Positions 7,575 to 14,983 of a stretch of 24,000 nt of DNA are shown here, piece by piece. How positions within the stretch are numbered: the stretch's first letter is position 1; every line of letters starts with the position of its first letter. The position numbers were made by a program, and so were the translations under genes. The stretch comes from Actinomycetales bacterium (GTDB lineage: Bacteria; Actinomycetota; Actinomycetes; Acidothermales; Acidothermaceae), in contig JBDZVM010000006.1 in the NCBI GenBank assembly GCA_040255675.1, positions 101,607-125,606 of the forward strand, read 5' to 3'. Under the pieces are notes generated by a model. The model was given only the letters and a program-made list of their open reading frames with translations, was not told the origin of the DNA and did no database searches.

Positions 7575-8975
7575 GTGACTTCGGGTTCGCGACCGACCGT
7601 TGCCGTGGTAGGCGCCGGGATAGCCGGGCTCGCGGCGGCGTACGAGCTGGCGTGCGATGGGCGAGTCGCCGTCGTGGTGCTCGAAGGCTCGCCGCGCACC
7701 GGCGGCAAGGTGCTGCGCGGCGAAATCGCCGGCACGTCTACCGATCTCGGTGCCGAATCGGTGCTGGCGCGCCGGCCCGAAGGCGTCGGGCTGATCGGCG
7801 CGCTTGGCCTCGCCGACGACGTGGTGCACCCCGCGACCTTGCAGGCAAGTATCTGGTCGCGCGGCGCTCTGCGACCGTTGCCGGCGGGTCACGTGATGGG
7901 CGTGCCGACCGACCTGCGCGCGCTCGCCGCCTCGGGCGTGGTTTCGCGCGCCGCCGTCGCGCGCGCGGCACTCGATCGTGTGCTCCCGGCGACCAAGCGA
8001 GCCGACGACACGTCGGTCGCTGGTTTTATCGGACGTCGCCTGGGCCGCGCCGTGGTCGACCGTCTCGTCGAGCCGCTGCTTGGGGGGGTCTATGCCGGAC
8101 GCGCCGATCAACTGTCGCTGTGTGCGACGTTGCCGGGCGTAGCCGCTGTCGCTGAATCGGGTTCGCTGCTGCGCGCGTTGCGGTCTGCCACACCCGCGGC
8201 GTCCAGCGGGCCGGTGTTCGCGGGCCTGCCCGGCGGCGTCGGCCGCGTGCCCGAAGCGTTGACGAAGTCGTTGATCGACTGGGGTGTCGACGTCCGGCTG
8301 AACTCGACCGTGCGCGAGCTTCGGCGTAACGGCGTCGGGTGGCAGCTCGTTGTGGGAGCGGCCGCGGCACCGACAGCGACGACAGCCGATGCCGTCGTGC
8401 TCGCGGTTCCTGCCGCGCCGGCGAGCCGTTTGCTGGCCGAAGTATCGCCCGCCGCGGCCGCGGAGTTAGGGGGTATCGAGTACGCGAGCATGGCGATCGC
8501 GACGTTCGCGTTTTCACGATCGTCCGTCGAAAACGGCCTACGCGGCAGTGGTTTCTTGGTGCCGGCGGTCGAGAAGCGGCTGATCAAAGCGGCCACTTTT
8601 TCGAGCGCGAAATGGGATTGGTACCCGCGCGATCTCGTGGTGGTGCGCTGCTCGATCGGGCGGTTCGGCGAGGCGGCCGAACTCCAGCGCGACGATCGCG
8701 AACTGATCGGCCACGCGCGGCGCGATCTCGCGTCGATCGCGGGTATCGACGCCGAACCCGTCGACGCGTCGATCACCCGATGGGGTGGCGCGCTGCCGCA
8801 ATATGCGGTCGGTCACGTCGAGCGGGTCGCGCGTATCAAGAGCGCGATCGAAACCATTTCCTCGCTGGCGATTTGCGGCGCAGCGTACGACGGTGTCGGC
8901 ATCCCTGCCTGCATCGCGAGCGGGCAAGCGGCCGCGACCCGCGTGCTGACAAAATTGCGCGGCGGGGGAGAATGA
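7575..8975 (+). CDS. hemY: Coproporphyrinogen III / protoporphyrinogen oxidase (HemY/CgoX), FAD-dependent
   Basis: FAD dinucleotide fold RPTVAVVGAGIAGLAAAYEL...LEGSPRTGGK immediately after the proposed GTG start. GTG 7575 is preceded by AAGGTGAG; GTG 7566 is an alternative. C-terminal ICGAAYDGVGIPACIASG. The stop lies 4 nt before the hemQ start. The tracked ORF start at 7119 overlaps the lipoprotein gene and is rejected. Confidence 0.9.
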   Translation: MTSGSRPTVAVVGAGIAGLAAAYELACDGRVAVVVLEGSPRTGGKVLRGEIAGTSTDLGAESVLARRPEGVGLIGALGLADDVVHPATLQASIWSRGALRPLPAGHVMGVPTDLRALAASGVVSRAAVARAALDRVLPATKRADDTSVAGFIGRRLGRAVVDRLVEPLLGGVYAGRADQLSLCATLPGVAAVAESGSLLRALRSATPAASSGPVFAGLPGGVGRVPEALTKSLIDWGVDVRLNSTVRELRRNGVGWQLVVGAAAAPTATTADAVVLAVPAAPASRLLAEVSPAAAAELGGIEYASMAIATFAFSRSSVENGLRGSGFLVPAVEKRLIKAATFSSAKWDWYPRDLVVVRCSIGRFGEAAELQRDDRELIGHARRDLASIAGIDAEPVDASITRWGGALPQYAVGHVERVARIKSAIETISSLAICGAAYDGVGIPACIASGQAAATRVLTKLRGGGE

Positions 8976-8979
8976 GCTT

Positions 8980-9696
8980 ATGACTTCGCAGGTTTCAGAT
9001 CACGCCGGCGTACCGTCACCGTCGTCCGGAGAAATCTCGACGACCTACGTGATGTACGCGGTCTTTCGCTGGCGGCGCGGCGACGCTCTCGACGATCGAG
9101 GGGCGGCGACCGCGGAGGTCGACGAGTTGCTTGCGCAGCTTGCCGAGAAAGGCGTCGTCACCCGGGGCAGCTACAGCGTCAGCGGTTTCCGGGCCAACGC
9201 CGATCTCATGTTCTGGTGGATCGCGCCGACCTCCGACGCCTTGCAAGAGGCATACCTGCGGTTCCTGCGTACTGAGGTCGGCAGAAGGTGCGAGCCGGTG
9301 TGGTCGTCGATCGGCGTGCATCGCGAAGCCGAGTTCAACAAAGCACACGTGCCTGCGCTGGTCGAGGGCAAGCCGCCGTGCGCGTACTGCTGCGTCTACC
9401 CCTACAACCGCACCAACGAGTGGTACCTGCTCGAACCGTCGCTGCGTGGCGCGATGCTCGCCGAGCACGGTGAGATGGGCCGCGAATACTCCGACGTCCA
9501 GGCCAACACCATTTCCGCCTTTGCCTTGGGCGACTACGAATTCCTGATCGCTCTCGAGGCTCCCGAGTTACACCGCCTCGTCGACTTGATGCGCTACCTT
9601 CGCGGTGCCAAGGCGCGTGAGCACACCCGCCTCGAGACACCGTTCTTCACCGGGCCTCGCCTGCCGATCGCCGACATCATCGCGGCGCTTCCCTAA
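8980..9696 (+). CDS. chdC: Coproheme decarboxylase (chlorite-dismutase-like HemQ/ChdC)
   Basis: 238 aa, the size and position of Rv2676c-type HemQ directly after hemY. The GGGGGAG SD ends 9 nt upstream of the ATG. Typical YVMYAVFRW N-terminal region. Confidence 0.88.
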   Translation: MTSQVSDHAGVPSPSSGEISTTYVMYAVFRWRRGDALDDRGAATAEVDELLAQLAEKGVVTRGSYSVSGFRANADLMFWWIAPTSDALQEAYLRFLRTEVGRRCEPVWSSIGVHREAEFNKAHVPALVEGKPPCAYCCVYPYNRTNEWYLLEPSLRGAMLAEHGEMGREYSDVQANTISAFALGDYEFLIALEAPELHRLVDLMRYLRGAKAREHTRLETPFFTGPRLPIADIIAALP

Positions 9697-9767
9697 CCGC
9701 GCGGCCTCTGGCAACCCCTGTCCGACCCCTGAACATGTGCCACAGTGGGCGGTGGGGGTGAGGACGC

Positions 9768-11156
9768 ATGAGTCCGGACGGCGCGACTTCCGGCGTCCGC
9801 AATAGTTACGTCGACGCGTTGCGGGCACTCGCTATCGCTTCAGTCGTCGTCGGGCACTGGCTGCTCACCGACGTCCGGTACGACGACGGCACGTTCGACG
9901 GCGTCGACGCGATCACCTACCGAAGCTGGGCGCCCTGGGTCACCCTCGCCATGCAGGTCGTGCCGATCTTCTTCCTGGTCGGCGGCTACGCGAACGCCAT
10001 CTCGTGGGGGCGCAACGCCGAGCCGGGCCTCATCTTCGCCTCCTGGCCGAGCTGGCTTCGGCTTCGCATGCGCCGTCTCCTCGCGCCCACGGCGACCTAC
10101 ATGGCGGCCTGCGTCATGGCGGTCGCCGCCGCGCAGCTGGCCGGCGTCAATCCGCACAACATCGACGTGGCGGCCTGGGCGCTCGCGTTTCATGTTTGGT
10201 TTCTCGCCGCCTATATCGTGCTCATCGCCCTGACACCGCTGATGTACGAGGCGCATCGGCGCTGGGGTTTCGGCGTCCCGATTGTGATGAGCGTGCTGGC
10301 GGCGGGCATCAGCGCGGGCGCGGTCGCCTGGCACTGGCACGTCGTCGGCTGGGCCAACTACCTGTTCGTGTGGGGAACCTTCCATCAGCTCGGTTTCGCT
10401 TGGCGCGATGGCAAATTTGCCCGCCACCGAATGCTCGCGCCGGCATTCACGGGCATCACACTCGTGGCGCTGGTAGCCCTCGTCTGGCCGGGCCCGTACC
10501 CGGTCAGCATGGTGGGAGTGCCGGGGGCAGACATCCAAAACACGTCGCCGCCCTCGATCGCGTTGCTCGCTTTCGGCCTCGTTCAGTGCGGCCTGGTGCT
10601 CAGTGCCGAAAATGCCGCGAACCGCTGGATGGCTCGGCATCGCGCGGCGCGGATCCTTGCGCGGCAAGGCGCAGTGCTCACGATGCCCGTCTACCTGTGG
10701 CACATGGTGCCCGTGGTCGCGGTAAGCGTCGTCGTACTTCCGACCGGCCTGCTGCCCGCACCGCCACCGCGATCCGTTGCCTGGCTGGCCCAGCGGGTGC
10801 TATGGATCGTCGTCCTAGCCGCGGTTCTCGCGGCGCTCGTCGCCGTCCTGGCCATGGCACGACAGCAGTGGGCACGACAGCAGTGGGGACGACGCAAAGC
10901 TGCCGCGCTCGACCACGCGCGCGCACTCGACGCCGGGCCGCACCCAGCCGCGCTCGTCGCCGGCCTCGTCGTGATTGTCGTGACGCTCGCGCGGCTTGCC
11001 ATCGACGGTTTCGCCCCGAACGGGCGCGCCGACCTCGTGACGTTAGCCGCCTTCGCGCTCGGTACGGCGATGGTGCTCGCGATGCCGTCGCGCGCGTGTT
11101 CGCTGATCAGGCCTCTTCGCCGTCGGCAGGCTCGAGCGTCAGCGAGATTGAGTTGA
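9768..11156 (+). CDS. Acyltransferase family 3 (OpgC/OafA-like) integral membrane protein
   Basis: N-terminal motif YVDALRALAIASVVVGHWL and about 10 TM segments. The GGTGAGGA SD ends 4 nt upstream of the ATG. Confidence 0.85.
   Translation: MSPDGATSGVRNSYVDALRALAIASVVVGHWLLTDVRYDDGTFDGVDAITYRSWAPWVTLAMQVVPIFFLVGGYANAISWGRNAEPGLIFASWPSWLRLRMRRLLAPTATYMAACVMAVAAAQLAGVNPHNIDVAAWALAFHVWFLAAYIVLIALTPLMYEAHRRWGFGVPIVMSVLAAGISAGAVAWHWHVVGWANYLFVWGTFHQLGFAWRDGKFARHRMLAPAFTGITLVALVALVWPGPYPVSMVGVPGADIQNTSPPSIALLAFGLVQCGLVLSAENAANRWMARHRAARILARQGAVLTMPVYLWHMVPVVAVSVVVLPTGLLPAPPPRSVAWLAQRVLWIVVLAAVLAALVAVLAMARQQWARQQWGRRKAAALDHARALDAGPHPAALVAGLVVIVVTLARLAIDGFAPNGRADLVTLAAFALGTAMVLAMPSRACSLIRPLRRRQARASARLS
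10856..10885 (+). repeat. Perfect 2 x 15-bp in-frame tandem duplication (GGCACGACAGCAGTG) inside the acyltransferase gene
   Basis: Read directly: ggcacgacagcagtg ggcacgacagcagtg, followed by a degenerate partial copy gggacgac. It encodes ARQQW-ARQQW-G. Confidence 0.9.
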
Positions 11157-11520
11157 TGCAGTACCGGTCGTCGGTGGGCGTGTCGTAGCCCTCGCCGTGA
11201 AACAGATGGCCGAGATGCGATCCGCAGCGGCGGCAGCGGGCTTCGATCCGGCGCATACCTAGGCTGTTGTCGACCTCAAGTTCGACAGCGTCGTCGTCGG
11301 TGGGGGCGTAGAACGACGGCCAGCCGCAGTGCGATTCGAACTTGGTCTCGCTGCGGAACAGTTCGGCCCCGCACGCGCGGCAGCGGTAAACGCCGACCGT
11401 CTTGGTGTCGGTGTACTTCCCGACGAACGGCGGCTCCGTAGCGGCTTGTCGCAGCACCGCGTACTCGTCAGGAGACAGCTCGGCCCGCCACTCCTCGGCG
11501 GTCTTCTCAACCTCGTACAT
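11107..11520 (-). CDS. msrB: Peptide-methionine (R)-S-oxide reductase
   Basis: Two CxxC zinc pairs (CRACGAELF, CRRCGSHLGH) and the catalytic RYCINS motif. I start at MYEVEKTAEEW (ATG 11520, 137 aa). The 60-aa Arg/Ser-rich N-terminal extension of the tracked ORF is rejected. Confidence 0.92.
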   Translation of the reverse strand: MYEVEKTAEEWRAELSPDEYAVLRQAATEPPFVGKYTDTKTVGVYRCRACGAELFRSETKFESHCGWPSFYAPTDDDAVELEVDNSLGMRRIEARCRRCGSHLGHLFHGEGYDTPTDDRYCINSISLTLEPADGEEA

Positions 11521-11632
11521 AGGCCCGAGCGTACGCGAGCGGCCGCTGCCCCGCCGTCTACTCCGCTCGCGCTCCTCCGCTCGCGCTTGATGCTCGCTTT
11601 GGAGTCGGCTCTTGGGCGGGTACGGTCGGCTC
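11521..11632. promoter_or_regulatory. Divergent intergenic region (msrB / primase-polymerase gene)
   Basis: Gap between divergent starts. Inferred from the arrangement only. Confidence 0.3.
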
Positions 11633-12649
11633 ATGGCACCTGCACCGGCGATCGAGCTTGACGTCGACGGCCGAACGGTCCGCGTCAGCAACCCCGACAA
11701 GGTCTACTTCTCAGCCAGGGGCGAGACGAAGCTCGACCTGGTCAACTACTACTTGTCTGTTGGTCCCGGAATCGTGCGGGCGCTGTTCGAGCGGCCGTGC
11801 ACCTTGCAGCGATTTCCGGACGGCGTTGAAGGCGAGGCGATCTACCAGAAACGGGTTCCGGCGCATCGGCCTGACTGGGTGCAAACCGCGCGGGTAAGCT
11901 TTCCGAGCGGGCGGCATGCCGACGAGTTGTGCGTCACCGAAATAGCCGCCGTCGCGTGGGCCGCGAATTTAGGCACGATCGTTTTTCACCCGTGGCCCTC
12001 GAGGCGTTCCGATACCGAGCACCCTGACGAGTTGCGCATCGACCTCGACCCGCAGCCGGGCACCGATTTCGATGACGCGCGGCGGCTTGCCGCCGTCGTC
12101 CGCGAAGTGCTTTCCGAGGTCGGCTACATCGGCTTTCCGAAAACGTCGGGCGGCCGAGGTATTCATATTTACGTGCGGCTGAAACCGCTCTGGACGTTCA
12201 CCGAGATTCGCCGTGCCGTGTTGGCGTTCGCCCGTGAAGTCGAACGTCGTATGCCGGAGTTGGCCACCACCAAATGGTGGAAAGAAGAACGCGGCGAGAA
12301 AGTATTTCTCGACTTTAACCAAAATGCCCGCGACCGTACGATCGCGGCCGCTTACAGCGTACGCGCTTTTCCAGATGCCACCGTCTCTACTCCGGTGACC
12401 TGGGAAGAATTGGCGGACGTCGATCCGCGCGATTTCACCATTGCCACCGTACCAGCGCGCTTTGCCGAACTCGGCGACCTACACGAGCGCATCGACGACA
12501 TCGCTCACGACCTTACGCCGCTGATAGAAATGGCCGACCGCGACGAGCGCGATTTCGGCCTCGGCGACGCGCCCTACCCGCCGAACTTTCCCAAAATGGA
12601 AGGCGAGCCGATGCGCGTGCAACCGAGTCGCGCCCGCAAGAAGGCATAG
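11633..12649 (+). CDS. Stand-alone LigD-type archaeo-eukaryotic primase-polymerase (PolDom / Prim-PolC-like)
   Basis: AEP motifs are ELRIDLDP (DxD), KTSGGRGIHIYV and VFLDFNQN. The N-terminus ELDVDGRTVRVSNPDKVYF is typical of LigD polymerase domains. No ligase or phosphoesterase domain is fused. The start could be ATG 11633 or TTG 11612. Confidence 0.9.
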   Translation: MAPAPAIELDVDGRTVRVSNPDKVYFSARGETKLDLVNYYLSVGPGIVRALFERPCTLQRFPDGVEGEAIYQKRVPAHRPDWVQTARVSFPSGRHADELCVTEIAAVAWAANLGTIVFHPWPSRRSDTEHPDELRIDLDPQPGTDFDDARRLAAVVREVLSEVGYIGFPKTSGGRGIHIYVRLKPLWTFTEIRRAVLAFAREVERRMPELATTKWWKEERGEKVFLDFNQNARDRTIAAAYSVRAFPDATVSTPVTWEELADVDPRDFTIATVPARFAELGDLHERIDDIAHDLTPLIEMADRDERDFGLGDAPYPPNFPKMEGEPMRVQPSRARKKA

Positions 12650-12694
12650 CGCCGGCCTGGCGCGGCCCCCTGGCGGGCCGAGGACAGGCTAAGA

Positions 12695-12730
12695 CCCCCG
12701 AGGACAGGCGTCCTAGTCTGTCCTCGGGGG
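12695..12730. terminator. Perfect 13-bp-stem hairpin between convergent genes (probable bidirectional terminator)
   Basis: CCCCCGAGGACAG (12695-12707), loop GCGTCCTAGT, CTGTCCTCGGGGG (12718-12730). It lies between the prim-pol stop (12649) and the ROK stop (12757). There is no clear U-tract, which is common in high-GC actinobacteria. Confidence 0.6.
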
Positions 12731-12756
12731 TGCTGACCACGTTTACGTGATCAACT

Positions 12757-13785
12757 TCAGGGGTGCAGGGCTGCGGCGCGGGCGGCAATCGCGGCGCCGC
12801 GGGCACCGGCCATGTCGCGGTCAGGCACGACGGCGAAATGCGCGACGTCGAGTTGCTCGTCACGTAACGCGGTGTGCGTGCGCACCGTGGAGAGAAACCA
12901 CTCGCGAAAGGCGGGCGCTGCTTCGACGACTCCGCCGCCGACGAAATAAGCGCTCGGGTCCATAAAGTTGCTCGCGATCGTGAAAAGCCGGCCGATCGCG
13001 ATTGCCTGCTGGGTAAAAATTTCCAAGGCGAGCGGGTCGCCAGCCTCGCCCAAAGCCCGCACTTTCTTCGCGGCCACCTGTATGTCGAGGTCGGCGAGCT
13101 CGTGGTGCGGAAACCGGCTCAGCCAGTAGGGCAGCAAGTTGTGCTCGATACCCGTCAGCGAGGCGATGCTTTCGACGTCCCCGACAAAACCGCAGTTGCA
13201 CGAGGGCATCGGCTGATCGTCGGCGAGCAGCCCCTCCATCGGGATGTGCACGTGACCGAGTTCGCCCGCCATGCCTGCCGCGCCGCGTATCACTCGCCCG
13301 GCCTCGACAACGCCGCCGCCAAGGCCGGTGCCCACGATCGCCGACACCGACGAATGCGCGTCGGCTCGCACGCCGAAATAGACGTGATGCGCGTACAAAG
13401 CGGCCGCGTTGCCGTCGTTGTTGTAGACGACCGGCAACCCGATGCGGCGTTCGAGCGCGCCTCGATAGTCGAACCCTCGCCACGCTTCTTGTGAAAAGTT
13501 GGTGGCACCCTTCGACGAAATGACGCCGTCGGCGCTTGCCGGGCCGGGGGTGTCGAGGCCGACTCCGCGCACTACCGACGCCGGAAGGCCGGTGACCTCC
13601 AACACGTTGAGCATCGCCGCGGCGAGGCATTCGACCGCGACGTCGGGCCCCTCGCCGACACGACTCGGGCTTTCGACCATGCGGTCGACGAGAAATTCGC
13701 CGCCGTCGGAGAGCACGGTGGCGTTGTTCGAGTTTCCGCCGTTGTCGAGGCCGACCACGACCCAATTCGGCGCAGGCGCAGCCAT
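12757..13785 (-). CDS. ROK-family protein (sugar-kinase fold, no N-terminal HTH)
   Basis: ASKHA/ROK motifs are VVVGLDNGGNS, NDGNAAAL, IVGTGLGGGVV and GMAGELGHV, with a partial zinc motif PSCNCGFVGDVES. The SD GAGGGAGAGG ends 3 nt upstream of the ATG, which lies 33 bp after the ligase stop. Confidence 0.87.
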   Translation of the reverse strand: MAAPAPNWVVVGLDNGGNSNNATVLSDGGEFLVDRMVESPSRVGEGPDVAVECLAAAMLNVLEVTGLPASVVRGVGLDTPGPASADGVISSKGATNFSQEAWRGFDYRGALERRIGLPVVYNNDGNAAALYAHHVYFGVRADAHSSVSAIVGTGLGGGVVEAGRVIRGAAGMAGELGHVHIPMEGLLADDQPMPSCNCGFVGDVESIASLTGIEHNLLPYWLSRFPHHELADLDIQVAAKKVRALGEAGDPLALEIFTQQAIAIGRLFTIASNFMDPSAYFVGGGVVEAAPAFREWFLSTVRTHTALRDEQLDVAHFAVVPDRDMAGARGAAIAARAAALHP

Positions 13786-13818
13786 GACCTCTCCCTCGTC
13801 GTCCCGTTTGCGCCGATT

Positions 13819-14886
13819 CTAGCGAGAGCCGCTCAAAACGTCGGCAAGATCGAAGCGAACAGGTTGATCAAGCTGGGCGTATGTGCACGACTCCGGCTCA
13901 CGATCGGGTCGCCAGCGCCGAAACTGCGTCGTGTGCCTGAACCGGCCGCCTTCCATGTGGTCGTAGGCCACCTCGCACACGAGACGCGGGCGAAGCGGCA
14001 CCCAGCTGAGGTCTTTTCCGGCGTTCCAGCGCGTCACGCCGCCCGGACGCCGATCGCCGACGCCACTCACCGCCGCCGGCGACCACGGGTGCTCTGCTTC
14101 AACGACCCGATACGGCTCCAATTCGCTGATCAGCTCACGGCGCCGGACGGCGGAAAACGCGCCGCATACCCCGACGTGCTGCAACGCTCCGGCGTCGTCG
14201 TAAAGGCCGAGCATCAAGGAACCGACGGCGGTTCCGGGTGCCGACGCGCGGTGCCAGCGAAAACCCGCGACGACGCAATCGGCGGTGCGTTCGTGCTTAA
14301 TTTTCACCATGACTCGCTGATCGGGTTTGTACGGCAGGTCGACGGCTTTGGCGACCACCCCGTCGAGTCCGGCGCCTTCAAAAACGTCGAACCACTGCCG
14401 CGCGAGGTCGAGCGAGTCGGTGGCCGGCGTGATCAGCACTCGGGAGTCGCCGGCGGGAACGATCGATTCGAGCAGCGCACGACGCCGCGAGAACGGTTCG
14501 TTCATCAGCGATTCGTCGCCCAAGGCCAGCAGATCGAAGGCGACGAACGACGCTGGCGTTTCAGCGGCGAGCTTCTTCACGCGAGACGCGGCCGGATGGA
14601 TACGTTGCAGCAACGCTTCGAAGTCGAGCGAGTCGCCTCGAACGATCACGATTTCGCCGTCGGCGACGCAGTGCGCCGGCAGGGTCTCGCGAATCGCGTC
14701 GACGACTTCGGGAAAGTAGCGCGTGAGCGGCCGCTCGTTGCGGCTGCCGAGTTCGATCTCGTCGCCGTCGCGGAAGACGATGCAGCGAAAGCCGTCCCAC
14801 TTCGGCTCGTACACCATGCCGGCGGGAATGGCCGACTCGGATTTGGCCAGCATCGGCTTGATGGGCGGCATCACCGGAAGCTCCAT
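13819..14886 (-). CDS. ligC: ATP-dependent DNA ligase, stand-alone LigC-like
   Basis: Nucleotidyltransferase motifs are I EPKWDGFR, III ADGEIVIV, IIIa FVAFDLL, IV LDGVVAK and V VMVKIKHERT. I place the start at MELPVMPPIKPMLAK (ATG 14886, 355 aa), matching the typical LigC N-terminus. The longer tracked ORF (to 15036) would run into the MTase gene. Confidence 0.92.
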   Translation of the reverse strand: MELPVMPPIKPMLAKSESAIPAGMVYEPKWDGFRCIVFRDGDEIELGSRNERPLTRYFPEVVDAIRETLPAHCVADGEIVIVRGDSLDFEALLQRIHPAASRVKKLAAETPASFVAFDLLALGDESLMNEPFSRRRALLESIVPAGDSRVLITPATDSLDLARQWFDVFEGAGLDGVVAKAVDLPYKPDQRVMVKIKHERTADCVVAGFRWHRASAPGTAVGSLMLGLYDDAGALQHVGVCGAFSAVRRRELISELEPYRVVEAEHPWSPAAVSGVGDRRPGGVTRWNAGKDLSWVPLRPRLVCEVAYDHMEGGRFRHTTQFRRWRPDREPESCTYAQLDQPVRFDLADVLSGSR

Positions 14887-14983
14887 GAGGCCATGATTGC
14901 GCGCGAGCGGAGCACGACGACAAGGCGACCCATCCCGGGCGCGTCGCGCCGAGACGGTCATCGGCGCGTGACACCCTCGTGGC
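14887..14983. promoter_or_regulatory. 97-bp divergent control region shared by ligC and the C5-methyltransferase gene
   Basis: Gap between divergent starts. It contains a GC-only palindrome GGCGCG-T-CGCGCC at 14938-14950. Promoters are not identified. Confidence 0.3.

Noticed and set aside
7467-8111. A 215-aa N-terminal extension of the tracked ORF 6558..8111 (minus strand).
   Set aside because: The extension is Arg/His/Gly-rich, lies antisense to hemY coding sequence and has no recognisable motifs. An internal ATG at 7466 with a GGGAGG SD gives a textbook lipoprotein signal peptide.
11521-11700. A 60-aa N-terminal extension of msrB in the tracked ORF 11107..11700.
   Set aside because: The extension is an Arg/Ser-rich low-complexity sequence that overlaps the prim-pol start region. 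MsrB proteins of this type are about 135-140 aa, and MYEVEKTAEEW aligns with the usual N-terminus.
14938-14950. The palindrome GGCGCG-T-CGCGCC in the ligC/MTase divergent region, considered as a possible operator or controller-protein box.
   Set aside because: It is a short palindrome made only of G and C in DNA of about 70% GC, which is easily expected by chance. No HTH controller gene is nearby, and no mycobacterial-type SOS box (GAAC-N4-GTTC) is present. I kept it only as a note on the regulatory feature.
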